Positions 28,221 through 41,789 are shown, counted from the stretch's first letter. The stretch: 64,000 bases of DNA from Alphaproteobacteria bacterium (GCA_965232515.1 CBDDPY010000002.1:192001-256000); one strand, 5' to 3'. A program made the numbers and translations. The notes: a model not told the origin generated them from the letters alone.

Positions 28221-29129
28221 ATGACGGACAGCTATCCACGCGACATGGTCGGCTACGGCCGCCGGCCGCCGGATCCGAAATGGCCCGGCGATGCCCGGGT
28301 CGCCGTTCAATTCGTGATCAACTACGAGGAGGGCGGCGAGAACAACATCCTGCACGGCGACGAAGCCTCGGAGGCGTTCCTCTCCGAGATCATCGGCGCC
28401 CAGCCGCTGCCCGGCGCGCGCAACATGAACATGGAGTCGATCTACGAGTACGGCAGCCGGGCCGGGTTCTGGCGGCTGCACCGCCTGTTCACCGAGCGCG
28501 GCCTGCCGCTCACCGTCTACGGCGTGACCATGGCGCTGGAGCGAAATCCGGAGGCCGTGGCGGCCATGCGCGAAGCGGATTGGGAGATCGCCAGCCACGG
28601 CTATCGCTGGATCGACTACCAGTTCATGCCCGAGGCCGAAGAACGCGAACATGTGCGCAAGGCCGTCGAGATCCACACCGCGGTCACCGGCGAACGGCCG
28701 CTCGGCTGGTACACGGGCCGGATCAGCCCGAATACCCGAAAACTCGTCGTCGAGTATGGCGGTTTCTTATACGATTCAGATAGTTATGCCGATGATTTGC
28801 CGTATTGGGTAAATGACTTCGGCAATCCGCATTTGGTCATTCCCTATACCCTCGACAACAATGACATGCGGTTCGCCACCAACCAGGGTTTCAACTCGGG
28901 TGACCAGTTCTTTGCTTATCTGCGCGACGCCTTCGAGGTGCTTTATGCCGAGGGCGCCGACGCACCGAAGATGATGTCGATCGGCCTGCACTGCCGGCTG
29001 GCGGGGCGTCCGGGCCGGGCGGCGGCGCTCGCGCGGTTCCTCGACGAGGTCGCCGGCCGCGACAATGTCTGGATCTGCCGCCGCGTCGACATCGCCCGCC
29101 ACTGGCATGCCCATCACGCACCGGCCTAG
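28221..29129 (+). CDS. puuE: Allantoinase PuuE (polysaccharide deacetylase fold)
   Basis: YPRDMVGYG, NYEEGGE, ESIYEYGSRAG, YTLDNNDMRF, GLHCRLAGRPGR. Confidence 0.93.
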   Translation: MTDSYPRDMVGYGRRPPDPKWPGDARVAVQFVINYEEGGENNILHGDEASEAFLSEIIGAQPLPGARNMNMESIYEYGSRAGFWRLHRLFTERGLPLTVYGVTMALERNPEAVAAMREADWEIASHGYRWIDYQFMPEAEEREHVRKAVEIHTAVTGERPLGWYTGRISPNTRKLVVEYGGFLYDSDSYADDLPYWVNDFGNPHLVIPYTLDNNDMRFATNQGFNSGDQFFAYLRDAFEVLYAEGADAPKMMSIGLHCRLAGRPGRAAALARFLDEVAGRDNVWICRRVDIARHWHAHHAPA

Positions 29130-29135
29130 CGCTGC

Positions 29136-29996
29136 ATGAACTCGACAATGGCCGTCGATAGCCGCCCGGCCGATTTGGCGCCGTCCCGGGCCGAGTTGAC
29201 CGTGACGGCGCGCGACGGCGTGTCCCGGATCGATCATCTCTATCAGAGCCAGCCGCTGCGGCTGCTGTTTCCCCGGCCCGAGCGGGACGAGCCGCTGACG
29301 GCGGTGCTCGCCAACACATCGGGCGGTATCGTCGGCGGCGACAGCCTCGATGTGCGCATCGCCTGCGCGGGCGACGCGCAGCTTTTGGCGAGTGCGCAGG
29401 CAGCGGAAAAGGTCTACTGCTCGGCGGGTCCGACGGCCGAGGTGAACCTGTCATTGTCGGCCGACGCTGGCGCCCGTCTCGAATGGCTGCCGCAGGGCAC
29501 CATCCTGTTCAACCGGGTCCGGCTGCGCCGCCGCACCGCGCTGTCGGTGGCGCCCGGCGGTCAGCTACTCGCCGGCGAGATATTGGTGTTCGGCCGTACG
29601 GCCATGGGCGAACGGCTGATGCAGGGCCTTGTTCACGACGCCTGGCGCGTGCGGTTTGGCGGTCGCCTGGTCTGGGCCGACAGCCTGCATCTCGACGGCG
29701 ATCTGTCGATGCCGTTCGCGTCGCCGGCCGGGTTCGCGGACGCGCGCGCCGCCGGCATGGCGCTGTACGTGGCAGATGACGCGGCCGGCCAGCTGGAGCT
29801 GGCGCGGGACTTGCAAGATCTGGCGAAAGTCGACGGCGTCCGGGTTGGCGCGACGGCGTTCGATCGCGTGTTGTTGCTGCGCTGGCTGGGGGTCGATGCC
29901 GGCGACGTCCGGGCCGCCTTCGGCCGGTTCTGGTCGGCGTTTCGCGCCGAAGCGCTCGGCCGGCCGTCCAGGCTGCCGACGTTGTGGCGGATCTGA
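29136..29996 (+). CDS. ureD: Urease accessory protein UreD
   Basis: [38 protein letters not shown]. Confidence 0.93.
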   Translation: MNSTMAVDSRPADLAPSRAELTVTARDGVSRIDHLYQSQPLRLLFPRPERDEPLTAVLANTSGGIVGGDSLDVRIACAGDAQLLASAQAAEKVYCSAGPTAEVNLSLSADAGARLEWLPQGTILFNRVRLRRRTALSVAPGGQLLAGEILVFGRTAMGERLMQGLVHDAWRVRFGGRLVWADSLHLDGDLSMPFASPAGFADARAAGMALYVADDAAGQLELARDLQDLAKVDGVRVGATAFDRVLLLRWLGVDAGDVRAAFGRFWSAFRAEALGRPSRLPTLWRI

Positions 29997-30018
29997 AAAG
30001 GGGTGGGGAGGTAAGTCC

Positions 30019-30321
30019 GTGAATTTGACCCCGAGGGAGAAGGACAAGCTGCTGGTCTCGATGGCGGCCATGGTCGCCCGACGCCGGCTCGAGCGTGGCG
30101 TCAAGCTCAACTATCCCGAGGCCATCGCGCTGATCACCGACTACGTGGTCGAGGGCGCGCGTGACGGCCGCAGCGTCGCCGACCTGATGGCCGCAGGCGC
30201 CGAGGTGATCGGCCGGGATCAGGTCATGTCGGGCGTGCCCGAGATGGTCCACGAGGTGCAGGTCGAGGCGACGTTTCCCGACGGCACCAAGCTCGTCACC
30301 GTGCACGAACCGATCCGCTGA
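30019..30321 (+). CDS. ureA: Urease gamma subunit
   Basis: GTG start; [33 protein letters not shown]. Confidence 0.97.
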   Translation: MNLTPREKDKLLVSMAAMVARRRLERGVKLNYPEAIALITDYVVEGARDGRSVADLMAAGAEVIGRDQVMSGVPEMVHEVQVEATFPDGTKLVTVHEPIR

Positions 30322-30334
30322 AGGGGAGGGCGAG

Positions 30335-30652
30335 ATGATCCCGGGCGAAGTCCTCACGCCAGGCGGCGACATCACGTTGAACGCCGGCCGCGAGACCGTG
30401 ACGGTGACGGTCGCGAACACCGGCGACCGGCCCGTTCAGGTCGGCAGCCACTATCACTTCTTTGAGACCAACGCGGCCCTGCAGTTCGAGCGGGAGAAGA
30501 CGCGCGGCTTTCGCCTCGACATCCCGGCCGGCACCGCCGTTCGGTTCGAGCCGGGCCAGACGCGGGAGGTGACGCTGGTGCCGTTCGCCGGGGCGCGCCG
30601 GGTATTCGGCTTCAACCAGGCGGTCATGGGGCCGCTGGACGGGGAGGGCTGA
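30335..30652 (+). CDS. ureB: Urease beta subunit
   Basis: [35 protein letters not shown]. Confidence 0.97.
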   Translation: MIPGEVLTPGGDITLNAGRETVTVTVANTGDRPVQVGSHYHFFETNAALQFEREKTRGFRLDIPAGTAVRFEPGQTREVTLVPFAGARRVFGFNQAVMGPLDGEG

Positions 30653-30655
30653 AGC

Positions 30656-32368
<1,713 letters not shown>

Positions 32369-32373
32369 CCGCC

Positions 32374-32838
32374 ATGCAACACGCCGTCCGACATCACGCC
32401 AAGGGCCACTGGCCGGCGGACGCGGCCGCGGACTCGCTGACGCTCAGCTACGACGACCGGCACCGCCGTCGCATTCGCCTGACGACGGATGCGGGCGCCG
32501 ACGTCCTGCTCGACCTGCCCAAGGCGGTTCCCATCGCCGACGGCGACGGGTTGGCGCTGGCGGACGGCGGCTGGCTCGCCGTGCGGGCGGCGCCCGAGCC
32601 GCTGATCGAGATCACCTGTGCGACGCCGCACGAGCTCGCCCGCGTCGCCTGGCATCTCGGCAACCGGCATCTGCCGGCCGAGGTCCGGGCCGAAAGCATT
32701 CGCATCCGGCCCGATCATGTGATTGTCGAAATGCTGAACGGCCTCGGCGCCGCGACGCGTGAGATCGAAGCGCCGTTTCAGCCGGAGGGTGGCGCCTACG
32801 ATCACCACCATCACCACGATGAGGTGGGGCATGGATAG
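32374..32838 (+). CDS. ureE: Urease accessory protein UreE
   Basis: DDRHRRR, AWHLGNRH, FQPEGGAY + His tail. Confidence 0.95.
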   Translation: MQHAVRHHAKGHWPADAAADSLTLSYDDRHRRRIRLTTDAGADVLLDLPKAVPIADGDGLALADGGWLAVRAAPEPLIEITCATPHELARVAWHLGNRHLPAEVRAESIRIRPDHVIVEMLNGLGAATREIEAPFQPEGGAYDHHHHHDEVGHG

Positions 32839-33508
32839 CCGGGCGCTGTTGCGGCTGCACAGCTGGCTGTCGCCATCGTTTCCGGTCGGCGCCTTCAGCT
32901 ATTCGCACGGCCTTGAATTCGCCGTCGAGGACGGCCTGGTGCGCGACGCCGGCACGCTTGCCGACTGGCTGTCGGCGATCCTGCAGTTCGGCAACGGCCG
33001 CAACGAGGCGATTTTCTTTGCCGCCGCCTGGCGCGCCGACGGTGCCGACCGCTTGGCGATCGCGGAGCTGGCGGCGGCGCATCGCGGCACATCGGAACTG
33101 AACCTGGAAAGCACCGCGCAAGGCGAAGCCTTCCTGAAGACCGTGCGGGCAGCCTGGCCGCATCGAGCGCTCGACGACTGGGCGGCGGAACTGTCGGTGG
33201 TTGGCATCGCCCCCGTCATGCCCGTCGCCGTTGCCGTCGTCGCATCGGTGCACGGCGTCGATCTGCGGGCGGCCCTGACCCTCCACCTGCAAGCCTTCGC
33301 TGCCAACCTGGTCTCGGCGGCGGTGCGCCTGATCCCGCTCGGCCAGACCGACGGCCAGCGCGTCTGCGCCCGGCTCGAACCTGTTCTCATCGACTGCGTC
33401 GACGCCGCCTTGGCGGCCGAGCTCGATGACATCGGCACGGCAACGCCGGTTGTCGACTGGACGTCGATGCGACACGAAACCCAGCATACGAGGCTATTTC
33501 GGTCATGA
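32831..33508 (+). CDS. ureF: Urease accessory protein UreF
   Basis: [36 protein letters not shown]. Confidence 0.95.
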   Translation: MDSRALLRLHSWLSPSFPVGAFSYSHGLEFAVEDGLVRDAGTLADWLSAILQFGNGRNEAIFFAAAWRADGADRLAIAELAAAHRGTSELNLESTAQGEAFLKTVRAAWPHRALDDWAAELSVVGIAPVMPVAVAVVASVHGVDLRAALTLHLQAFAANLVSAAVRLIPLGQTDGQRVCARLEPVLIDCVDAALAAELDDIGTATPVVDWTSMRHETQHTRLFRS

Positions 33509-34146
33509 CGGCAGCGGAACAGATTTACTCCCATCACGGCCCGCTCCGGGTCGGTATCGGCGGCCCGGTCGGCTCGGGCAAGACGGCGCTGGTCGAGGTG
33601 CTGTGCAAGCACTTGCGCGAGGACTACGACATCTTTGTCATCACCAACGACATCTACACCCGCGAGGACCAGATGATCCTGACGCGGGCCGGCGCGCTGC
33701 CGCCCGAGCGCATCGAGGGCGTCGAGACCGGCGGCTGTCCGCACACCGCGATCCGCGAGGACGCCTCGATCAACCTCTCGGCCTTCGATCGCATGACCGG
33801 GCTGTTCCCGCAGGCCGAAATCTGCTTCATCGAATCCGGCGGCGACAACCTTGCGGCCACGTTCAGCCCGGAGCTCGCCGACCTGACGATCTACGTCATC
33901 GACGTGTCGGCGGGCGACAAGATCCCGCGTAAGGGCGGACCCGGCATCACCCGCTCCGATTTGCTGGTCATCAACAAAATCGACCTGGCGCCGCATGTCG
34001 GCGCCGATCTCGAGATCATGCGCCGCGACGCCACGAAAATGCGCGGCGAACGACCCTTCGTCATGAGCAATCTCAAGGCTGGCGTTGGCGTTCAGGACAT
34101 CGCAGACTTTATCGTCAGACAGGGCGGACTGGAGCGGTCGGCATGA
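33505..34146 (+). CDS. ureG: Urease accessory GTPase UreG
   Basis: [27 protein letters not shown]. Confidence 0.97.
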   Translation: MTAAEQIYSHHGPLRVGIGGPVGSGKTALVEVLCKHLREDYDIFVITNDIYTREDQMILTRAGALPPERIEGVETGGCPHTAIREDASINLSAFDRMTGLFPQAEICFIESGGDNLAATFSPELADLTIYVIDVSAGDKIPRKGGPGITRSDLLVINKIDLAPHVGADLEIMRRDATKMRGERPFVMSNLKAGVGVQDIADFIVRQGGLERSA

Positions 34147-35615
34147 CGGATTTCGACGATGAGTTCGATGATGATGTCGCCTACGACCTGGTGATCCGCG
34201 GCGGCCGGGTGGCGACGGCGTCGGATGTGATCGATTGCGATATCGGCGTGCGCGACGGCCGTATCGTGGCGCTGGCCGAGCATCTCGATCTGGGCACGCG
34301 CGAGATCGACGCCAACGACCGCTACGTTACCCCCGGCGGCGTCGATGGCCATTGCCATCTTGACCAGCCCACGACCGACGGCAGCGTCAGCGCCGATGAT
34401 TTCGAATCCGGCACGATCTCGGCGGCCTGCGGCGGCACCACCACGGTGATTCCTTTCGCGGTCCAGCAGGCCGGCATGACGCTGCGCGAGGCCGTGCAGG
34501 ACTATCACAACAGGGCGGAGGGCAAGGCCGTTGTCGACTATGCCTTCCACCTGATCATCAACGATCCTTCGGAACAGGTGCTGGGCCAGGAGCTGCCGGC
34601 GCTGATCAAGGACGGCTACACGTTGTTCAAGATCTACATGACCTATGACGACATGAAGCTGAACGACCATCAGATCCTAGACGTGATGGCCGTGGCCCGG
34701 CGCGAAGGGGCCATGTGCATGGTGCACGCCGAAAACGCGGATTGCATTACCTGGCTGACGGACAAGCTGGAACGCGCCGGCATGACGCAGCCCGAGCACC
34801 ACGCCACCTCGCGGCCCGCGCCGGTCGAGCGCGAGGCGACGCATCGCGCCATCACGCTGTCCGAGCTGATGGACACGCCGATCTTGATCGTGCACGTGTC
34901 GTCGGGCGAGGCCGTCGAGCAGATCCGCTGGGGGCAGGGTCGGGGCTTGAAGATCTTTGGCGAGACCTGCCCGCAATATCTGTTCCTGACCGAGGACGAT
35001 CTGCGCAAGCCGGGCTTCGAGGGCGCGAAATGCCTGTGCAGCCCGCCGCCGCGCGACAAGGAGAGCCAGGAGGCGATCTGGGACGCGCTGGTCAACGGCA
35101 CGTTCCAGGTGTTTTCCTCCGACCACGCGCCGACGCGCTTCGACGACCCGAAGGGCAAGAAGATCCGCGGCGAGGACGCCTCGTTCCGGTACGTGCCGAA
35201 CGGCGTGCCCGGCATCGAGACCCGCATGCCGCTGTTGTTTTCGGAAGGCGTGCTCAAGGGCCGCATCGACATCAATCAGTTCGTGGCGCTGACGTCGACC
35301 AACGTCGCCAAGATGTACGGCTTGCATCCGCGCAAGGGCACGATCGCCGTGGGAGCCGACGCCGATTTGGTGGTCTGGGATACCGGCGCGCCGTTCCGCC
35401 TCGACAACGCGCGTCTGCACCACAATGTCGACTACACGCCCTATGAAGGCATGGAGCTGACGGCTTGGCCGGGCGTGACGGTGTCGCGTGGCGAGGTGGT
35501 GTGGTCTGACGGCGCGCCGGCGGGCGTGCCGGGCCACGGTCGCTTCCTGGCCTGCGACACGCCGGATGCGGCGAAACCGAAGGAGCGTTTCGTCAGCGCT
35601 TTCCGGCCGACTTAA
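34143..35615 (+). CDS. hydA: Dihydropyrimidinase / D-hydantoinase
   Basis: [46 protein letters not shown]; ATGA overlap with ureG. Confidence 0.93.
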   Translation: MTDFDDEFDDDVAYDLVIRGGRVATASDVIDCDIGVRDGRIVALAEHLDLGTREIDANDRYVTPGGVDGHCHLDQPTTDGSVSADDFESGTISAACGGTTTVIPFAVQQAGMTLREAVQDYHNRAEGKAVVDYAFHLIINDPSEQVLGQELPALIKDGYTLFKIYMTYDDMKLNDHQILDVMAVARREGAMCMVHAENADCITWLTDKLERAGMTQPEHHATSRPAPVEREATHRAITLSELMDTPILIVHVSSGEAVEQIRWGQGRGLKIFGETCPQYLFLTEDDLRKPGFEGAKCLCSPPPRDKESQEAIWDALVNGTFQVFSSDHAPTRFDDPKGKKIRGEDASFRYVPNGVPGIETRMPLLFSEGVLKGRIDINQFVALTSTNVAKMYGLHPRKGTIAVGADADLVVWDTGAPFRLDNARLHHNVDYTPYEGMELTAWPGVTVSRGEVVWSDGAPAGVPGHGRFLACDTPDAAKPKERFVSAFRPT

Positions 35616-36571
35616 GTACTTGCGGTTCGGGCGCGGATCGCCGACAGACTGCCGCCGCGCATGAGCTTGCCCGGCAGGGGATGACCGACGATCTCCTCGG
35701 CCATGCGGGCGCAGTCGATCAGCGCGTCGAGATCGACGCCGGTCTCGATGCCCATCTCCTCGCACAGGAAGACCAGGTCTTCGGTGCAGATGTTGCCGGC
35801 CGCGCCCTTGTGCCCGGCGAACGGACAGCCGCCGAGGCCGGCGCACGAACTGTCGAACCGCGTTACCCCCAGCCGCAGGCCGGCATAGGCGTTCGCCAGG
35901 CCGGCGCCGCGCGTGTCGTGCAGATGCAGCGCGATCTCAAGATCCGGCCAACGCGCGCGCACCGCGCCGATGACGCGTTCGACCGCGACCGGTGTGGCCC
36001 AGCCGACGGTGTCGGCGAACGACACGCCCTTCAACGTTACGCTGGCTTCGTCGGCCAAATCCATGATCGTCGCGACGGTTTCGACAACGCGTGACGGCGG
36101 CACCGTGCCCTCGAAGTTGCAGCCGAAGGCGGTCATCACCGAACCCCATTCGACGGCGATGCCGGCGTCGCGATAGGCGGCGAGCCAGCGCTGCTGCTCC
36201 GCGATGGTTTCGGCCGTGTTCCTGTTCGAATTGCGGACCGAGAACGTCTCGGACGCGCTCATCAGGATCCGACCTTTCAGATCCAACGGCGTTGCCTGCG
36301 CCCGTTCCAGGCCTTTCAGGTTCAGCCACAGCCCCGTGTATTGCACGCCCGTCTTGCGCCGTATGCTGTTCGCGACGTCTTCGGCGTCGGCCATGCCGGG
36401 CACGCGCCGCGGATTGACGAACGACACGCACTGCACCTTCGGCAGGCCGGTCTCGGCCAGCGCCTCGATGAAGCGGATCTTGTCGGCCGTGGCGATCGGG
36501 CCGGGCTCGATCTGGAACCCTTCCCGCGGTCCTTCCTCCTGGATTTCAACGCGTTTCGGCAAGTCGGTCAT
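35612..36571 (-). CDS. Hydroxymethylglutaryl-CoA lyase-like (DRE-TIM)
   Basis: GPREGFQ, AFGC, ADTVG, HLHDTRG, GLGGCPFA, GNICTED. Confidence 0.88.
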   Translation of the reverse strand: MTDLPKRVEIQEEGPREGFQIEPGPIATADKIRFIEALAETGLPKVQCVSFVNPRRVPGMADAEDVANSIRRKTGVQYTGLWLNLKGLERAQATPLDLKGRILMSASETFSVRNSNRNTAETIAEQQRWLAAYRDAGIAVEWGSVMTAFGCNFEGTVPPSRVVETVATIMDLADEASVTLKGVSFADTVGWATPVAVERVIGAVRARWPDLEIALHLHDTRGAGLANAYAGLRLGVTRFDSSCAGLGGCPFAGHKGAAGNICTEDLVFLCEEMGIETGVDLDALIDCARMAEEIVGHPLPGKLMRGGSLSAIRARTAST

Positions 36572-36601
36572 GGAAGGTCCACCCCGAGTTCCTGTTGCCG
36601 T

Positions 36602-37228
36602 CTAGGCCCGCTGCGGCACGCGCCGACGAGTCGAGGCGCGCGCGCCGCCCAACATGTCGAACACCATGCCGGTATAGATCTCGGTCAACGATTGCAGCGA
36701 ATGACGCCCCTTCGAGCGATACCACACGCTCGGGCCTGCCAGCATGGCGATAGTGGCGGCCGTCGCGACGCCGGGATCGTCCATCCGAAAAACGCCCTTG
36801 GCGATGCCGTCGTCGATGATCTCGCGCAGGCAGCTTTGGTATTTGTCGCGCAGCGCGACCACGGCTTTATAGTGCTTCGGGCTCAGGCTGCGCAGTTCCA
36901 TGTTGCTGATGAAGACCTCCTTCGGCCGCCGCGTGTGGAACTCGATGTGTTGGGCGATGAAGGCCCGCAGCCGCTCGTCTGGGTCGTCGATGCCTTCCAG
37001 GCGGGCCCTGAGTTCGGTCAGCGACTCCTCGGTGATCTCCTTCAGCAACTGATAGAGAAAGCTCTGCTTGCTCTGGATGTAGTTGTAGAGCGAGCCGGCC
37101 TGAATGCCGACTTCCTTCGCCAGCAGCCGCAGGCTCATGGCCTCGTAACCGTGCTCGTAGATCAGCTTCACGGCGCTCTGGCGGATGGCCTGGAGCGTGT
37201 CGTTGCGGTTCGATCCGACCGTGCGCAT
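36602..37228 (-). CDS. TetR-family regulator
   Basis: GYEAMSLRLLAKEVGIQAGSLYNYIQSK. Confidence 0.92.
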   Translation of the reverse strand: MRTVGSNRNDTLQAIRQSAVKLIYEHGYEAMSLRLLAKEVGIQAGSLYNYIQSKQSFLYQLLKEITEESLTELRARLEGIDDPDERLRAFIAQHIEFHTRRPKEVFISNMELRSLSPKHYKAVVALRDKYQSCLREIIDDGIAKGVFRMDDPGVATAATIAMLAGPSVWYRSKGRHSLQSLTEIYTGMVFDMLGGARASTRRRVPQRA

Positions 37229-37237
37229 GTCGTTGTC

Positions 37238-37996
37238 CTAAAGCGTGAGGTAGCCGCCGTCGACCGGCAGGATGGCGCCGGTGACATAGCTCGCGAGATC
37301 GCTCGCAAGAAATACGGCCGGGCCTGCCAGCTCGGATGGATCGCCGACCCGGTTCATCGGCACATGCTCGAGATATTTCGCCAGCGCTTCGGGATCGGCG
37401 CGTGTGGTCGCGGTCATCGGTGTCGCGATGATGCCCGGCGCGATCGCGTTTACCCGAACGCCAAGCGGCGCCAGCTCGCTTGCGAGCGACCGGGTGAATT
37501 GCGCGATCGCGCCTTTCGATACCGAGTATTCGGCCGAGCCCGGCGGCGCCACGTAGGACCGGATCGACGCAATGTTGATGATCGTGCCCTTGCTTGCCTT
37601 CAGCGCGTCCAGCATCGCCATGGTGACGTTGTAGGTGCCGTCCACGTTGACGCTCAACGTCCGCCGCCAGGCGTCGCGATGATCCGCGTCGGACAGGTGA
37701 CCACGGATCAGAATTCCGGCGTTGTTCACCAGGATCGAGATGTCGCCGATTTCGTCCCGGACCGTCGCCGCCAGTTCGGCGCAGGCGTCGGCGGCGGTGA
37801 CATCGAGGCCATAGCTCCAGGCCTGCCCGTCAACGGCGGTGATCGCCTCGGCGGATTCGGCCGCGGTCTCGGCGTTGATGTCGGTGACGATCACGCGCGC
37901 CCCGGCCTCGGCGAGGCCGATCGCGATCGCCCGGCCATTGCCCTGGCCGGCGCCGGTTACCAGCGCCAGACGCCCGTCCAACAATTGCGTGGCCAA
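37238..37996 (-). CDS. Classical SDR oxidoreductase
   Basis: TGAGQGNG, NNAG, YSVSK, VNAIAPG, VDGG; probable TTG start. Confidence 0.9.
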   Translation of the reverse strand: MATQLLDGRLALVTGAGQGNGRAIAIGLAEAGARVIVTDINAETAAESAEAITAVDGQAWSYGLDVTAADACAELAATVRDEIGDISILVNNAGILIRGHLSDADHRDAWRRTLSVNVDGTYNVTMAMLDALKASKGTIINIASIRSYVAPPGSAEYSVSKGAIAQFTRSLASELAPLGVRVNAIAPGIIATPMTATTRADPEALAKYLEHVPMNRVGDPSELAGPAVFLASDLASYVTGAILPVDGGYLTL

Positions 37997-38200
37997 AACC
38001 AATCCCCCTTGCCGGTCATTCGACCGCCGGTAGCTGAAATATACAAACGTTAGTTTTGTTAGCCTGTGATCGGCAAAAACACAAGCAGACGAGGGAGGCG
38101 ACTGCATCATACCGGTTGACGGCCGCCTGTGCCACAATCCCCGATGGCGCGATGACGACGGCAGGCGCTGTCTGTCCCGCAACGCGGAATTGACACAGTC

Positions 38201-39118
38201 ATGGCCGACAGATTGGTCACGGTGTTCGGCGGTTCCGGCTACCTCGGCAGCCGGATCGCCCGGCGGCTGGCAGAGGACGGCGCGACCGTGCGCGCGGTAT
38301 GTCGCCGACCCGACAATGTGGCATTGGCGCCGCGCAATGCCGGGGACGGCGAAATCGTGCCGTTCTACGCAGACGTCCGTGACGAGACGACCGTGTCGGC
38401 GGCGGTCGCGGGGGTGGACGCGGTCGTCAACGCGGTTGGACTTTACGTCGAGCAAAGCGCCGAGACCTTCGATGCCGTCCACGTGCAGGGGGCGCTTCAC
38501 GTCGCGCGGTCATCGGCACAGGCCGGCGTGGGCCGCCTCGTGCATATCTCCGGCATCGGCGTCGACGAGGCGTCATCGTCGCCATACCTCCGCGCGCGGG
38601 CCGTGGGCGAGGCTGTGGTATGGGATGTGTTCCGCAAGGCAACGATATTGCGGCCCAGCGCCGTATTCGGGCCGGACGATGCCTTCTTGAGCGCGCTTAT
38701 CGGAATCGTAATGTCGCTGCCGGTCGTGCCATTGTTCGGACGAGGCGACACGTTCCTGCAACCGGTCTATGTCGGTGATGTCGCCGCCGCCGTCGCGGCC
38801 GTCCTCGATAGACCGGAGACGCAGGCCGAGGTCTTCGAACTCGGTGGTCCGGAGGTCTTCCGCTATCGAGAGCTGGTCGAGTTGGTGTCGGCGCAGCTTC
38901 GGCGCCGGCGGGTCCTGCTCCCGCTACCATTCTGGATATGGAATTTCCTGACGCGCCTGCTGGCGATCCTGCCCAGTCCGCCGCTGACCCGCGATCAGGT
39001 CGCCCTGATGCGGCGGGACAACGTGGTTGGCCCGTCGATGCCCAACCTTCGCGATCTCGGTGTCAGTCCGACCGCCATACAGTCGATATTGACCGAGCTG
39101 GCTAAAAGAACGTCTTGA
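38201..39118 (+). CDS. NDUFA9-like atypical SDR
   Basis: VFGGSGYLG, FDAVHV, LRPSAVFG, QPVYVGDVA, ELGGP, LTRDQV. Confidence 0.88.
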   Translation: MADRLVTVFGGSGYLGSRIARRLAEDGATVRAVCRRPDNVALAPRNAGDGEIVPFYADVRDETTVSAAVAGVDAVVNAVGLYVEQSAETFDAVHVQGALHVARSSAQAGVGRLVHISGIGVDEASSSPYLRARAVGEAVVWDVFRKATILRPSAVFGPDDAFLSALIGIVMSLPVVPLFGRGDTFLQPVYVGDVAAAVAAVLDRPETQAEVFELGGPEVFRYRELVELVSAQLRRRRVLLPLPFWIWNFLTRLLAILPSPPLTRDQVALMRRDNVVGPSMPNLRDLGVSPTAIQSILTELAKRTS

Positions 39119-40403
39119 TTGCCGCGACCACGTTGTAGTCGTCGTCGACCACGGCGATCACATCCCATTTGTCGAACGTGGTGCAGGGGTGCGAGATGCC
39201 GAATCCGACCATGTCGCCGACCCGATAGGGCGCATCGTCCGGCACCGTCATGTGCGCGTGCTGGTCGTTCATGCCGACGACGGTCGCGCCGGCGGGCGCC
39301 GCGACCGGGCGGTCGTGCTCGCCCGGCCGATACCAGAACAGCGGCACCGGCTGGCCCGCATCCTCCGAGGCGTCGCGCTTGCCCATGGTCAGGATCGCCT
39401 TGCCCGCTTCCGGCCGTGACTGCACGTAGGCCCAGACCTCCAGCGCCGCCTGCAGGCCTTCGCCGAGCTGTGCCGCCTCGGGTGCGCGCTGCTTCAGGTC
39501 CTCGAAGAAATTGCGGTACATGGCCGAGTCGTGCGTTAGGTAGCAGCCGCTGCGGGTCAGCACCAGGGTCTCGCGCGACAGGCCGGCGGCGTTGAAACGC
39601 CCGATCACCAGATCGTAGAAAGCCGAGCCGCCGGCCGACAGGATCACCGGGCCGTCGGCATAGAGCGCTTCACGGTCGCATGCGCGGGCGATCTCGACCA
39701 GGAAGTCGAGGAAGCCGCCCACCGCGTCGGCCTGGGTCTCGTGCGGCTGCGCCATGATCAGGCCCTCGAAGCCCTCGACGCCGCGCAGCGCCAGATGCGG
39801 TGCCGCGGCGTGGACCGCGCGCGCGGTGGCCATGGCGGCGTCGAGATCGCGCGCGCCGGTGCGGCCGCCCGGCATGCCGCCTTCCAGCAGCACCTGCAGC
39901 GGACGGTCGAGCCCGTGCGCCGCGGCCGCCCGGTGCAGCAGTTCGACGCCGGCCTCGGAGTCCACGAGACAATAGAAATCGAAATCCGGATCGGCCTGCA
40001 ATTCGTCCAGCACGTATCGGATCGCCTGCCGGCCGATCAGCTGGTTCGCAAGCACGATGCGCTTGACGCCGTGGCGCCGCGCCACCTCGATCTGCTGCGC
40101 CGTTGCCACCGTCATCGCCCAGGCGCCATCGTCGAGCTGGCGCTGGAACAGCTGCGGGCTCATGGTGGTCTTGCCGTGCGGCGCGATGCGCACACCCGAC
40201 AGGTCGAGATAGCGCTGCATCCAATGGCTGTTGTGGTCCAGCGCCGAGCGCTTCAGGACCGCCAGCGGCAGCGGCAGGTCCTCGCGCAAGAGATTCCAGT
40301 TCTGCGCACCGATGTCCGCCAGCCGGAACGGCGCCGTTCCGCCCGGCACGCCCTTGGTCAAGCCATCCAGACTGAAGGCGTTAATGTCGTCGAGGCCGGT
40401 CAT
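39102..40403 (-). CDS. Fold-type III PLP enzyme, D-serine dehydratase (DSD1)-like amino acid deaminase
   Basis: APHGKTTM (PLP Lys), RSGCY.THD, NDQH, SHPCTTFDKW. Confidence 0.87.
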   Translation of the reverse strand: MTGLDDINAFSLDGLTKGVPGGTAPFRLADIGAQNWNLLREDLPLPLAVLKRSALDHNSHWMQRYLDLSGVRIAPHGKTTMSPQLFQRQLDDGAWAMTVATAQQIEVARRHGVKRIVLANQLIGRQAIRYVLDELQADPDFDFYCLVDSEAGVELLHRAAAAHGLDRPLQVLLEGGMPGGRTGARDLDAAMATARAVHAAAPHLALRGVEGFEGLIMAQPHETQADAVGGFLDFLVEIARACDREALYADGPVILSAGGSAFYDLVIGRFNAAGLSRETLVLTRSGCYLTHDSAMYRNFFEDLKQRAPEAAQLGEGLQAALEVWAYVQSRPEAGKAILTMGKRDASEDAGQPVPLFWYRPGEHDRPVAAPAGATVVGMNDQHAHMTVPDDAPYRVGDMVGFGISHPCTTFDKWDVIAVVDDDYNVVAAIKTFF

Positions 40404-41569
40404 TCCGCTGCCATCCCCGGCTCGGCATCCGCGTTGCCGTCGTGCCACCAACGACCGCCCAGCACCATGCCGGCGCAGGCGATCTTCTGGCTTCCGGTCC
40501 TGATGTTGCCGCGCGCGTCCTCGTAGTCGAAGCGGCCGTCCTGGATATCCAGCACCGTGGCGTCGCCCGGCAGGCCTGGCGACAATCGTCCCAGATCCTC
40601 GCGGCGTACGGCATCGGCCGGGTTCATGGTCGTCGCCCGCACGATGTCGGCAAGCGGCATGCCGAGATGCAGGAACTTCGACATGGTGTCGAGGATGTTA
40701 TAGGCCGGTCCGTCGATGCTGAGCGTATGCACGTCGCTTGAGATGCAGTCCGGCTGGAAGCCGCCGGCCAGCATGCCCTCCGCGGTCTCGAAGCCGAACG
40801 ATCCCTTGCCGTGGCCGATATCGAAGATCACGCCGCGCTCGCGCGCCGCCAGGGTTTCCTCGCGCGGCGCGCGGTCCGGTCCGACCGGGGCGTTCGGGAA
40901 CGGCCGGAAACAATGGGTCAGGATGTCGCCGCGGCGCAGGCGGCTCAACACCTCCATGCGGCTGGGCGGCGGATAGTCGAGGTGCGCCATCACCGGCAGG
41001 CCCAGCTCCTCGGCCACTTCGATGGCGATGTCGAGCGGCATGGCGCCGTTGCTGCCGCTGGCGGTCTGACCCACGCGGACCTTCACGCCGACGATAAGGT
41101 CGGCGTGCTCGCTGGCGACCCGCAGGCATTCCGGCGCGTTCAGCAGCCGGATGTCGACGCACTCGCCAATCATCACCTGGGCGCTGAAGGCGAAGATGCC
41201 GGGGAAGGCGACGTTGATGTAGGCCAGCACGCGGGTCTCGGCCGGCTCGATGATGTGACGGCGAAAGCCCGGGAAGTTGGCCGGCCCGGCCGTGCCGGCG
41301 TCGATCAGCGTGGTCGTGCCACCCAGGCGGCCGACCTCGTCTGGATCGACGCCGATCGAGGTGCCGCCCCAATAGACGTGCGTGTGCAGGTCGATCAGCC
41401 CCGGCGTGACGATGCGGCCACTGACGTCCCGGACTTCGGCGGCTTCGCTGGCATCGAGATCGGCCTCGCGCGTCGCCACGTTGCCGTCCTTGAAAGCGAC
41501 GTCGGCAACGCCGTCGAATCCGCTGGCCGGGTCGATCACGCGCCCGCCCTTCAGCACCAGGTCATACAT
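40400..41569 (-). CDS. Amidohydrolase/deacetylase (dihydroorotase-like, COG3964-type)
   Basis: PGLIDLHTHVY, DAGTAG, GVKVR, MAH, THCF, DIGHG.GSF, ISSD. Confidence 0.87.
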   Translation of the reverse strand: MYDLVLKGGRVIDPASGFDGVADVAFKDGNVATREADLDASEAAEVRDVSGRIVTPGLIDLHTHVYWGGTSIGVDPDEVGRLGGTTTLIDAGTAGPANFPGFRRHIIEPAETRVLAYINVAFPGIFAFSAQVMIGECVDIRLLNAPECLRVASEHADLIVGVKVRVGQTASGSNGAMPLDIAIEVAEELGLPVMAHLDYPPPSRMEVLSRLRRGDILTHCFRPFPNAPVGPDRAPREETLAARERGVIFDIGHGKGSFGFETAEGMLAGGFQPDCISSDVHTLSIDGPAYNILDTMSKFLHLGMPLADIVRATTMNPADAVRREDLGRLSPGLPGDATVLDIQDGRFDYEDARGNIRTGSQKIACAGMVLGGRWWHDGNADAEPGMAAE

Positions 41570-41789
41570 GGCCGATTTCCTCCCCGCCTCGCGTCCAAGC
41601 CCGACCATAGTACCCCGCCAGCGACGGCGGCAAGGTCCGGTCGCGCCCGTATTCCACTGCCTAAGCCTTGCTCATAGTGTCCGCGGCATGGGCAGGCTTT
41701 CGGGCGGTCCTGATCCGGTCGGCAAACGGACAACCGTTCGTTTGTTTGGAAAAGCAGGAATGCTGGCGCTTGCGGCGGCGGGGCAAAGC